A stretch of 48,428 bases of DNA, from positions 84,962,833 through 85,011,260 of the forward strand of contig NC_068983.1 of NCBI RefSeq assembly GCF_001194135.2, written 5' to 3'. The translations under genes were made by a program, and so were the position numbers. The notes under the pieces are model-generated. The model was not told the origin of the DNA and searched no databases. It saw only the letters and a list, made by a program, of their open reading frames with translations. Each line of letters opens with the position of its first letter. The stretch's first letter is position 1. The DNA comes from Octopus bimaculoides (taxonomy: Eukaryota). Positions 37,191 through 48,428 of this stretch are shown piece by piece.

Positions 37191-37980
37191 TATTGATGTT
37201 AACTAGTGGACGATTGAGATATTCGGTCGTCCGCACTTTGGAAGAAGATATCAAGCTAGATGCCACTTCCTTGAAAGAGAAAAGAGACAGAAGGAGACAT
37301 CGATGAAGGTGAGCAGGCTGATATTGAGGACCCAAAGACTCAGCTGCGCTCCAGTGTTCATATACTCGTTACTAGATCATTTTTATATTAAAAAATAAAC
37401 ATACATCTTAGATATATATACAATATAATCAAACTCATTCTCGACTCTCATAAATATCAATGATGAAAAACTACAGCCGACACACGCAGGCGAGCACGTC
37501 TTGATCGTATACACCATACTCTCGCTAATTGTTTCAGGTGCCTATGTAGCACGAGCTAACATAGCATCTTCTCGATCCTTCTAGGGGAACATCGAGGTTA
37601 TGAAAACTCGGTTGGTACACATTTCTAGCAGAGTAGGCTGAAGCAATGTGAAATTCACAGTAATTCTTTTGTGATCGGATGGCAATTAATTAAAGTATGC
37701 GTATAGATTTTCAGAAATGGGGAAAACATTACTTTTGTTGATATTTATTGGGATATAGTATCAGAGTATGTATGTATGTATGTATGTATGTATGTATATA
37801 CAGATATGCACACACTGCATACACACACATGCACACATACATACATGTATGAGTGTATGTGTGTCGGTGTAATTTCAAATAAAATAACGTTTTAGACATG
37901 GCAACACAAATTGTATTGCTCTTTCTTCACAAATCAGTATAAATTTTCAAGACCTTTGTAAATTTTAATGACTCAACCAA

Positions 37981-38045
<65 letters not shown>

Positions 38046-38746
38046 TGCGTGCGTGTATGTGTGTGCATGCATGTAGTGATATTTCTGCTGAATTTTGGAC
38101 CATCTCGCTCAGATTTCCAGTTTAAAACTAATGCTTAACTATATTGCCATAAAAGGCAAAGACCAGCAACAGGAAATTAACTGTTGCCATAAAAGGCATT
38201 AATATCTTCATGCATATGGTTCGACCAATCAGGGTGGCTGGTCTATAACTAAATAGCGTAGAAATGAAAATAAGTTACGTGAATTTTCCCACCACATAGT
38301 TCTGTCAGAAGTTCTAGATATTTTGGCTGAATGTTATAAAAAATGGGATATTGAACTTCCAATCATGGAACTGTGTCACTCAGCTGTATGATATCCGTTC
38401 TCACTTTTTCTACTTATCCTATCTTTTATGTATGATCTTCAAATAAATAACCAAAATATTTTATGCCATGAAGACATTTATTCGTCACATCTCTTGTAAG
38501 TTGTTTTATTCAGATAATTGATGTATATGTATATGTAAATGTTTCCAGTAATAACAAAATAGGGAAAATTATAAAAACGTCATTGTAGTCATTCTCAACC
38601 TCACACGCACACTGTCTGATAGTGTGTACTATCGGCGAATTAATAACTAAGATCCACTAGAATGATGACCTACTAGACATATGTGTACATATACATATAT
38701 ACAATTCGCATATATGCGCGCGCGCACACACACACACATATGTATG

Positions 38747-38827
<81 letters not shown>

Positions 38828-39545
38828 ATATAGTCCTTAGTCATTGCGTGGTGGTCGCTATAATCTTTAAGCTTATAAAATATTATCATTATTATTTACA
38901 GATTTGTAAAACTCGACACTGCTTAACAAAACCATTTGCGGTGAAAACACATAAAAGTTTGTTTACAAAAACAACTACGAACTAATATAATTCTTAAATT
39001 TGAGAGGAAAAAGAAGGTTAGTTCGCTGGTGTAATCAGTAACACACTTAGTCGCGTAAACAAAGGGATGTGAATTCGAGTCCCACACGCACGGAAAAACC
39101 TACCTTTTTTTCTGTCGAGATCTTATATGCTCCATTATTAGACTATTTTCCTTAGTCATTGCCCAATGATCGCTTTAAGCTTATAAAATACTATTATTTT
39201 ATTATTATTATTATATTCATTCATGTAATCACTCATTCATCCTGAAAACTTGACGCAAACTTAACCATCTGATAAACATCAAAAGCTTAATCAAACTTTT
39301 TGGAAACTAAAGCTGTTTACTATAAGAATAATAAAGAAATGCATATACATTTATATTTATTTTAAAGACTTGATGTTAATAACCATAAGAACAAAGATTC
39401 CATGCATATACTCTCGATGGGAATTGAAATCAGAACACAAACTGCTGCAACTAAATACTGCACAGCAATTTATCTGACGACTTTCCTATTCTACATACAC
39501 AAATTTGAACAGATATTGTTTGTTTTTTAACATAGGCATAACACA

Positions 39546-39760
39546 GGGTAGCGAGCTGGCAGAGTCGTTAGCACGCCGGGAAAATACATAACGGCATTTC
39601 GTCCGTCTTCACGTTCTGAGTTCAAATTTCGTCGAGGTCGGCTTTGCCTTCTATCTTCTCGGGTCCGATAAAATAAGTACCAGCTGAACTTTTGGGTCAA
39701 TGTAAATGACTTATCCGCTTTTCCGAAATTGCTATCCTTGTACCAAGACTTGAAACCAAT
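39546..39760 (+). mobile_element. SINE family M monomer
   Basis: GCGAGCTGGCAGAGTCGTTAGCACGCCGG..TTCTGAGTTCAAATT..GATAAAATAAGTACCAG. Confidence 0.85.
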
Positions 39761-40224
39761 ACAGGCTCAACACAAAGCCAAATATTTAGTGGCCGAGCGA
39801 TTAACGAAGGGGAATTATCGATCAAAATGAACTCAATACCTGATTAGTACTTGATGCTGATTTTATTTCCATCAGAAGGCTGCAAGAAACGAATCTATCT
39901 CGGTATGATTTGAACTCAGAACGTAAAAAAAAAACAGTAGTAACATAATTCTTCATGACATAACTTTCCCAAACTCTCTAACGATTATGTCAATCACCGC
40001 TCTTGTATTGATAATAGCAACAATGACAATAAAGCAGAATACAGAAAATACTTAAAAAAAAAAAAGAAACACCAACGAAAACACAAAATGCCGAAGGGAA
40101 ATTGAGAAATATGTGAGGATCCTTCATCGTGCAAGAACCAAAATTGTTTTAAACAAGGAATAAAAAGACATACTCTCGCACATGCTGACACACATGAATA
40201 CGTATACTAATGCCTGTCTAATGT

Positions 40225-40392
40225 TTGTCCACCTGCTCTATACGTTCTAAATACAAATTTCAGCCAAGGACGACTTTGCCTTTAATTTCTTTCGGGAATA
40301 ATAAAATAAGTAGCAGTTCAGCGCTTGGGTCGATTTAATCGATTATTCTCTCCCACTAAAATTTCTGGCCTGGTGCCAAAATTTGAAACCCT
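40225..40392 (+). mobile_element. SINE family M, decayed
   Basis: GACTTTGCCTTT..ATAAAATAAGTAGCAGTT..GGGTCGATTTAATCGA..GTGCCAAAATTTGAAACC. Confidence 0.65.
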
Positions 40393-40464
40393 TATATTTC
40401 ATATTTCCTTCAGTTAAATGATGAAACCGAAGAAGGTTGAGTTACAATGTTTTCTCCAATATGT

Positions 40465-40504
<40 letters not shown>

Positions 40505-40764
40505 GTGTGTGTGTATAAGTGCGTATGTATGTGCATGGGGGAAATGTTTTGCCTTAAGCATAAAGTGCAAAAGCTACTTGTAGATATTGTAAGCTCTTCT
40601 AAATTCAGCGCAATATCGGAAACCCTTCACTGTCATCAGCATATGTATGTTTGTGTGTGTGTGTATAATCACTGCTGTAGAGTGATGCTGCGATCACGAT
40701 AAAATATAACTACATAGAGGTTCAATATGAACAGGTATAGAATTTCCTTACTTCTGTTTTATAG

Positions 40765-40840
40765 ACTATATCAGTGAAAATAAAGAACCTGTACTATCCA
40801 ACACAAGTGAAACAAAAACAGATAATCTCATGAGCGAAAG
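40765..40840 (+). CDS. Candidate host-gene exon (phase 1 to phase 2)
   Basis: Acceptor CCTTACTTCTGTTTTATAG, donor AAG|GTACGC. The single open frame is YISENKEPVLSNTSETKTDNLMSE. Confidence 0.5.
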
Positions 40841-41304
40841 GTACGCATTTTCCAAAAATGCACACAGACATGCATAAACAGACGTACGCACACACACAGA
40901 CAAAGTTTTAGCTGAAGCAGTAGTGTTATACTCCGGAATTTCTGCGATGTTTACATGGCTTTTCTGCAAGTTTCTCCTGTCTCGGGATTCGTCTGCATGA
41001 TAGGCAGTCTTTACTGTATTAGGTCACTAGTTATAATCTCGTTTGGCATGAATGCATTCATACATACATGCATAATAATAATAATAATAATAATTATTAT
41101 TATTATAATTAAGGTGGCTAGACACAATTTAAAACCAAGAAGGATATAATTCACGATCTCTAAAAGTGACCAACGGTGCAGGAAGTACTAACGTTACGAG
41201 AAATAAGAGTCATAGATACTTTAACCACAGAAGCACATGTTTTATTTGAACTGACAGGGAAGACAACAACCCACCGTGAGATGCCTTGTGTGTGTATGTG
41301 TGTT

Positions 41305-41363
<59 letters not shown>

Positions 41364-41407
41364 NNNNNNNNNNTACACACCTGTAGGTGTGTGTGCGTGC
41401 ATGTATG

Positions 41408-41408
41408 C

Positions 41409-41453
<45 letters not shown>

Positions 41454-41490
41454 GCTAGCTAGCTAGCTAGCTAGATAGATAGATAGATAT
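41408..41490. repeat. (CTAT)n-(AGCT)n-(AGAT)n self-complementary compound microsatellite
   Basis: Direct inspection. Confidence 0.95.
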
Positions 41491-41544
41491 AAAACGGAAT
41501 GAACGACGTTATCTAAAAATCATTACAATTGTTTCAGCACATTT

Positions 41545-41826
41545 TTTTATATTCGTAGTACATCAGTGAGATATGGTGTAATCATTATCATCCATCCAAA
41601 GTGTGAGATGCGCTTCTTCAGGTGATAGTCTAGTCTAAAGGATCCGTTGATAAGATCCTACTGTAGTTTTCCTTTTTTGCTTTGGGTATGCATTCTCACA
41701 TTGGACTTATTAGGTGTGCATTCTCACAAAAGATTTATTTAAACAATCACCTGAGGAAGCGCATCTTACATTTTGAATGGATGGCAATGAATACACTACA
41801 CTCACCAATGTAGTACGAGTGTAAAA
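41545..41826. mobile_element. MITE-like element, ~280 bp, long imperfect terminal inverted repeats
   Basis: Core arms 41589-41626 and 41746-41783 have 4 mismatches in 38 bp. Similarity extends outward to about 41545/41826. No ORF. Confidence 0.7.
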
Positions 41827-41923
41827 CTATGTCGTAACTATTATAGTGATTTTAAGTAAAGAATGTCGTTCATTCCATTTTCTATCATTTATCTATTTTC
41901 TGTAAACTCTATGGGTACTATAA

Positions 41924-42042
41924 AATCCCTTAATGATGTCCAGTAGCAAGAGCATTTTCACTGTTTCATGACATCAGGTAGCAATAAGTGTGGATGAGCT
42001 TTGCATAGCATACTACAAGGTTTTAGCTCGATTCTCAATTAA

Positions 42043-42087
<45 letters not shown>

Positions 42088-42236
42088 NNNNNNNNNNNNN
42101 NNNNNNNNNNNNNNNNNNNNNNNNNNNNNNNNNNNNNNNNNNNNNNNNNNNNNNNNNNNNNNNNNNNNNNNNNNNNNNNNNNNNNNNNNNNNNNNNNNNN
42201 NNNNNNNNNNNNNNNNNNNNNNNNNNNNNNNNNNNN

Positions 42237-42311
<75 letters not shown>

Positions 42312-42427
42312 TGGAATCCCTTAGCAATGTCCAGTAGTAATAGCATTTCCAATCTTTGATGACATCAGGTAGCAATAACTGTAGATCAGCTTTGCATAGC
42401 ATACTACAAGATTTTCACTCGAATCTC
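41924..42427 (+). repeat. 113-bp direct repeat pair (41924-42036, 42315-42427) flanking a microsatellite/gap
   Basis: Both copies are AATCCCTTA..ATGTCCAGTAG..ATGACATCAGGTAGCAATAA..AGCTTTGCATAGCATACTACAAG..CTCGA.TCTC, equal length, no indels. Confidence 0.9.
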
Positions 42428-42432
42428 CGCGC

Positions 42433-43345
42433 CATTTCCGCTCTACCGGTCACTCTTTGCAACACCTGTCTGTGTTCGGATTGTCCTTGCACAGGGGCCA
42501 TCTGGACTCCCGTCTTCGCCGTTAACAGGAATTAATCTTTTCTCTTCGCTTCTGTGCGCCACATGGGCTCAACTCTCCTCCCCTATTCATCTAACCCTTC
42601 TCCCCTCTCCTCTCTTCCTCTAACACCTACTTCCTCCCACCCACCTCTCCTCCTTCACTCCGACTCCTACTTCTTTTCTTCACTCCTACTCCTACTTCTT
42701 CTCTTCACTCCTACCCACCTTCTCCCTTCCCCCTCTCCCTTCATCGTCACCCATCCCTCGTAACCCTACCCCTACACAATCCAACCCCACCTTCCCTATT
42801 CATCCCCTCCCACACCCACCCCATCCCTTGCACCCACATACCCCACCTCTACCCCACCCTCAGCCTAACCCACATCCCACCCTTGCTTTTCTCACTCTCG
42901 CCTCCTCCAAATGCAAACATCACCACATCACACCACACACCACCACACCACACACCACCATACCACAGAACACCACATCACATCACACTACCACGCACGC
43001 ACTAACACTGACCACTTTTCAGCGCCCACACCATCATCTACACACCTACACATACACATACGCATATGTCAAGGTCACCAGCCCTCTTCCACACGCACAT
43101 ACATGCTCTCTTATACATACGCACACGCACCTTCGGTTTGGGACCACTACTACTTTATTATCTATCCTTCTTCCTAGCGCTCCTGTGTAACCCTCTGTCC
43201 GGCATTCGCCATGATAGATCGCTAGCCACTACACATTCTTTATTTTCTCTGTCTGTTTTTTCTGTGTTCCTTTCTATGGAAGAGCGTAGGCTCGAAAAGT
43301 TAAAGACTTTTTCACTTCCCTAGCATTAAACTAGTACATCTGTTT
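42433..43345 (+). mobile_element. PLE 3' fragment (family H2): GIY-YIG C-terminus, C/T- and CA-rich 3' UTR, pLTR with hammerhead-like motif at 43270-43306
   Basis: 42433-42594 reads HFRSTGHSLQHLSVFGL..RLRR*QELIFSLRFCAPHGLN (HF..H / R..E..LI / PxGLN end of PLE endonucleases). The terminal segment matches 10895-11095. Confidence 0.7.
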
Positions 43346-43671
43346 GTTATGTGTGTGTGTGTGTGNNNNNNNNNNNNNNNNNNNNNNNNNNNNNNNNNNN
43401 NNNNNNNNNNNNNNNNNNNNNNNNNNNNNNNNNNNNNNNNNNNNNNNNNNNNNNNNNNNNNNNNNNNNNNNNNNNNNNNNNNNNNNNNNNNNNNNNNNNN
43501 NNNNNNNNNNNNNNNNNNNNNNNNNNNNNNNNNNNNNNNNNNNNNNNNNNNNNNNNNNNNNNNNNNNNNNNNNNNNNNNNNNNNNNNNNNNNNNNNNNNN
43601 NNNNNNNNNNNNNNNNNNNNNNNNNNNNNNNNNNNNNNNNNNNNNNNNNNNNNNNNNNNNNNNNNNNNNNN

Positions 43672-43729
<58 letters not shown>

Positions 43730-43731
<2 letters not shown>

Positions 43732-43884
43732 TTTCTTTTGTGAAGGTTCGTAAGGTAAGTAGTATCAGATCTGAAAAATTGTGCTTATGGGTGCAAATAT
43801 ATATTTGGTTCTGATGTTTGATGGTTTAAGCAGCAGCAGCCGAAGAAGGAGAAGGCGAAGGAGGGGAAGGGGAAAGAAAAAGAA

Positions 43885-43919
<35 letters not shown>

Positions 43920-44855
43920 AGAAGAAGAAGAAGAAGAAAAAGAAGAAGAAGAAGAAGAAGAAGAAGAAGAAGAAGAAGAAGAAGAGCAGCAACAACAACA
44001 TCAACAACAATAACAACGAGGAGGAGGAGGAAAAGAAAAGGAAGAAGAAGGAGAAGAAAAGAAGAAAAGAAAAATACGGGAGTGGTATTACCCAGTAGTA
44101 AAGGCTGCTCGTGGAAACTACTTTGATGGTCAAGTGATCTGTTGTGGTTGTAGTAGCAGGAGCAGTAGGATCTGTTCTAAATAAACTCGTGGGTAGCGAC
44201 TCTTCTAAAGATATCTATTAAATATCTATTAAATATCTATCAAATATCTTTAATATTTCCATGGGTATTATTCCAAGATCCCTGTAGTAGTGTCATGTGT
44301 GGCGGAAGCATTCAAAAGAGGTTTATATTTTGCGATAAAATATAATTCTTTGCTAATGCGCTAATTATAGGTTGTATTGTCCCTAAATTTATAGGGGCGG
44401 GGAAATTCTAAAGTTGGGTTGTTCATAAGTGACGCAAATGTCGATGTGTTCATTTAATGCTATTTTACTGTATTTCCGTATTTTAATCTGGGACCTATGT
44501 CTGGTCATCCTCTGGCGTAGACTGTTTTTAGTATGACCAATGTATTGCTCTCGACACCCTGAGCAAGTTAACACATATATCAGGTTTTCCGAAGCACATG
44601 TGAAGTCGTGTTTCACTGTAAAACGTTGACTCTGTTTGAAGAAGAACTCCGATCCATCAATTAGGTTGACATATATACCACAGTTAGGTCTTCCGCATAT
44701 TTTTACTGTCGGTATCGATGTTGTTGACGAGTGTACTTGGGCTTATGTTAGAATACTTTTCATTGACTGGGGCTGCTGCAGATCTGTTACTACCCACTTA
44801 CCTTGTGAACGTTCACAAAAGAAAAGCAGTGAGACACACAGAAAAAAAGAAAAAT
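43730..44855 (-). mobile_element. Neptune-like PLE relic: Cys-rich linker + GIY-YIG, low-complexity 3' UTR, terminal inverted repeat
   Basis: Minus strand QPQSMKSILT, KICGRPNCG, HDFTCASENLIYVLTCSGCREQYIGHTKNSLRQRMTRH, LNEH, KELYFIAKYKPLLN. 43730-43772 is an inverted copy of 44779-44826. Confidence 0.75.
43875..43985 (+). repeat. (GAA)n microsatellite
   Basis: Direct inspection. Lies in the predicted 3' UTR of the minus-strand PLE. Confidence 0.97.
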
Positions 44856-45390
44856 GTCCTACCCATTGGAAGACTATGGAAATATTTACAAAACATTTCG
44901 TTTAATTTTTTTTCTTGAATTTAATTGTTTCTCTCTTTAATATCTACCTTAATTTTACTCTTAGTTGAAAAGGTCAAAAAGACAGAAACTGGCACTAACC
45001 ATTACAAAATGTATTTCATGATAAAATTATTTTAGCATTTTCTACTTTATCTTATTTTCCTTACATATATATATATATATATACATAAATACAAACATAC
45101 ATACGTACAGACAGACAGACAAACAGATAGATAGATAGATGTATGAATGTATGTATATCTATATGTATGTGTGCGCGTGTACATGTGCGTATATGTATGT
45201 ATATATATATATATATATATATATNNNNNNNNNNNNNNNNNNNNNNNNNNNNNNNNNNNNNNNNNNNNNNNNNNNNNNNNNNNNNNNNNNNNNNNNNNNN
45301 NNNNNNNNNNNNNNNNNNNNNNNNNNNNNNNNNNNNNNNNNNNNNNNNNNNNNNNNNNNNNNNNNNNNNNNNNNNNNNNNNNNNNNNNNN

Positions 45391-45424
<34 letters not shown>

Positions 45425-45760
45425 TGTGTGTGTGTATGTGTGTGTATGTATATACCATTGATGGATGGTGGATAAAATTTCTTTGCATTAAGGCTACCCT
45501 TGGTTTCATGCTAAGAAAACATCTTAATATCTTAACGAACTTTTCAAGCCAATCTGATGGAGGAATGGTGTTCGTCTCCATTTTGGATGAAAATTCAAAT
45601 ATATATATAAATATATAAAGAGTAATAAAGTTTTCATGAAGCAGTGTTTGATATATATATATAGATGTTTTAAATATATTTGAAGCCAAAACAGTTGCAA
45701 GTTATAAAAAAATTTCATAATTCAGGCGGATGGCTTATATTTCAATATTTCAGCGTTAGA

Positions 45761-45982
45761 GGATGGTGAGATTGCAAAATCGTTAGCACACGTGAGAACT
45801 GGCAGAATGGTGGTGGCATTTCGTCCGTCTTCACGTTACGAGTTCAAATTATGCAGAGGTCGACTTAGTCTTCCATATTTTCGACCTCGATAAGATAAGT
45901 AGCAGTTGAACACTTGGGTTAATGCAATCGACTAGACAACCCTCGAAATTTCTGGATTTGTGCCAAAATTTGAAATCAATAT
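45761..45982 (+). mobile_element. SINE family M monomer, diverged
   Basis: GGCATTTCGTCCGTCTTCACGTTACGAGTTCAAATT..GATAAGATAAGTAGCAGTTGAACAC..GTGCCAAAATTTGAAATC. Confidence 0.78.
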
Positions 45983-46087
45983 TTCAGTGTCCGAACACCG
46001 TCGTCGGAAAATTTACGGAGAAAAGGAACTGATAGCTGAATATACATAGGAAATTATTAAGATTTTTAAATTTAAGTTTAAATGATA

Positions 46088-46118
<31 letters not shown>

Positions 46119-46129
46119 CATACACACAA

Positions 46130-46163
<34 letters not shown>

Positions 46164-46227
46164 GCATATATATATATATATATATACACACACGTATATA
46201 TGTGTATGTATCTATATGCATGTGTAA

Positions 46228-46271
<44 letters not shown>

Positions 46272-46545
46272 GTGTGTATATATATCAATATATGTAGATG
46301 TATGCGTACATATATATGTATGCATATGTGTGTGTATGTAGATTATATTAAACATTTGTTGGAGGAAACACAAATAATCATTGTTGTTTACAAACTCCTC
46401 AATATACGACGAATGTATAATGAAAGGTGTTCGTATTCGATAAAATTGACATTTTCAGTATAGACCTATCGTTTTATTAATACTTCTCAGAATATGTCAA
46501 GTTATTGTGAAACAATTCAGCGAGATAGGCAGAGCTTTATATATA

Positions 46546-46594
<49 letters not shown>

Positions 46595-47401
46595 ATCTAT
46601 CTATGTATCTATGTATCTATGTATCTATCTATGTATCTATCTATGTATCTATCTATCTATCTATCTATCTATATATATATATATATATATATATATANNN
46701 NNNNNNNNNNNNNNNNNNNNNNNNNNNNNNNNNNNNNNNNNNNNNNNNNNNNNNNNNNNNNNNNNNNNNNNNNNNNNNNNNNNNNNNNNNNNNNNNNNNN
46801 NNNNNNNNNNNNNNNNNNNNNNNNNNNNNNNNNNNNNNNNNNNNNNNNNNNNNNNNNNNNNNNNNNNNNNNNNNNNNNNNNNNNNNNNNNNNNNNNNNNN
46901 NNNNNNNNNNNNNNNNNNNNNNNNNNNNNNNNNNNNNNNNNNNNNNNNNNNNNNNNNNNNNNNNNNNNNNNNNNNNNNNNNNNNNNNNNNNNNNNNNNNN
47001 NNNNNNNNNNNNNNNNNNNNNNNNNNNNNNNNNNNNNNNNNNNNNNNNNNNNNNNNNNNNNNNNNNNNNNNNNNNNNNNNNNNNNNNNNNNNNNNNNNNN
47101 NNNNNNNNNNNNNNNNNNNNNNNNNNNNNNNNNNTGTAGGGGTGAGAAAGGAGAAGACCGTGGGAGATAGTAAAAATAGAGAAGAGAAAAGAAAGGAGGA
47201 ATGTTTTGGGAGTTTGCGGAGGAAGGGAAAAGAAAGAAGAAAAAAATTTGAAGGGGAGAGGGAGGTAAAGGAGGCGTGGTTTTTGTATCAGTGTAGTCAA
47301 ATTTGTTTGATTAGAATTCAATATTTTTTTTTTCTTTTTAGTGATCTTTTGGGTGGGGAACGGAAGAAAGCGTTTAAAATGTAAATAAAATATATATATA
47401 A

Positions 47402-48170
47402 ATCATCCAACATTCTGACTACCGTGTCTCCATTGCCCTCAGAGTGGGAGCTGACGTATGCACGGGTTTGATCTGTCGTTCTGGCGGGCTCCTCAACTCC
47501 ACAGGCCTCCATGGCCTTTCTTGCCGCCCGAATGCTGGTCGCTTCGCGCGTCATACGGAGTTGAACCTGATACTCAAGAGGAGCTTGGCCCGAGCAAACA
47601 TCTCCTCCATCTTGGAACCATCTGGATTGCCCAGATGTGATGGGAAGAGACCTGACAACCTCACCCTGTGCCCCTGGTCGCAAGGCAGATGCCTTGTCTG
47701 GGATGTCACAGTTAGTAACTCCTTTGCTTCTTCTCACATCCTGGATGCTGCGGTCAGGGCGAGATCTACAGCATCTGCGGCCGAGCGGAACAAAATCATG
47801 AATTACCGTGATCTGTCGGCCATCTACATTTTCCATCTTGTGGCGTTCGAGACGTTTGGTGGGGACAGACCACTTACTGCGAGATTCCTGTCTTCACTGG
47901 CAACTCGCTTTGCAGAGGTAACTGATGAGGTTCGTGAGGGCGCTTGGCTGTCCAGCGCATCAGCCTCACCTTTGACCGCGGCAACGGTGCAAGCGTGCTG
48001 GTGTGTCTCAATAGCCATTAGAAAGGTTTCCCAGCGTCCCAACTTTTCAACCCAAAGTGGTGAATTGTTTTTTTGTCTTGTTTTTCTTTTTTCTTCTTTC
48101 TCTCTTTTTTCATTTTTTCATTTCTCTTTTTAATTTTTTCATTTGTATTCTCTGTTTTGTCCAGTTTTCT
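47402..48170 (+). mobile_element. CRE-clade non-LTR retrotransposon 3' end (CCHC + restriction-like endonuclease, T-rich 3' tail)
   Basis: ALRVGADVC..CRSG...GLHGLSC..AGRFARHTELNLILKRSL..LEPSGL..DGKRPD.LTLCPWSQGRCLVWDVTV..AFETFGG. A late frameshift gives QRISLTFDRGNGASVL, stop at 48019-48021. These are CRE-type RLE motifs. Confidence 0.88.
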
Positions 48171-48316
48171 AATTCGATTTTGTAAAACGGTAAACACTTT
48201 TTATCTTATATATGAAAGTAAAAAGTTTGACTATATGTGTGTGCGTGCGTGTGTGTGTATACACACATATATATACATATATATATGCATACACACACAC
48301 ATATACATATATACAC

Positions 48317-48365
<49 letters not shown>

Positions 48366-48428
48366 CATATACATATATACACACATACATATATACATAT
48401 ATATACATATGCATATACATATATATAT

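Noticed and set aside
37205-37380. Purine-rich segment with GAAG|GTGAGC donor-like site
   Set aside because: No convincing acceptor, the frames are ambiguous, and it sits directly after SINE insertions within or near an RTE relic.
43746-43754. Apparent 9-nt microexon GTTCGTAAG with a perfect AAG|GTAAGT donor and long pyrimidine tract, phase-compatible with exon 40765-40840
   Set aside because: It lies inside the terminal inverted repeat of the Neptune-like PLE (inverted copy at 44779-44826 lacks the AG), and the acceptor is a non-preferred GAAG. It is more likely repeat sequence, though exonisation cannot be excluded without RNA-seq.
43781-44133. Poly-K/poly-F ORFs on both strands
   Set aside because: Translation of the (GAA)n microsatellite.
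44209-44258. 12-bp tandem repeat (AATATCTATTA-like, about four copies)
   Set aside because: A small local slippage repeat in a PLE 3' UTR with no sign of function.

Overview
AT-rich metazoan draft-assembly sequence with many N-gaps at microsatellite edges. The repeat families look cephalopod, most likely Octopus (inferred from recalled SINE/LINE families, not searched). There is no intact multi-kb gene, rRNA, real tRNA or CRISPR array. The window is dominated by (1) restriction-like-endonuclease non-LTR retrotransposon relics: a young R4/Dong-like family sitting in (TAA)n, an older R4-like family whose ends are tied to (CATA)n, and a CRE-clade 3' end; (2) several Penelope-like element (PLE) relics, some carrying minimal hammerhead ribozyme motifs or an inverted copy of the 3' terminus at the 5' truncation point, and one with a tRNA-like Pol III box pair just upstream of its ribozyme; (3) several tRNA-derived SINE families, an RTE relic, foldback/MITE-like hairpins and very dense microsatellites. 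Short + strand candidate exons with compatible splice phases (21955-40840, including a 21-nt microexon) suggest most of the window is intronic sequence of an unidentified host gene. Long ORFs in the supplied track that run through X or are dipeptide repeats are artefacts.
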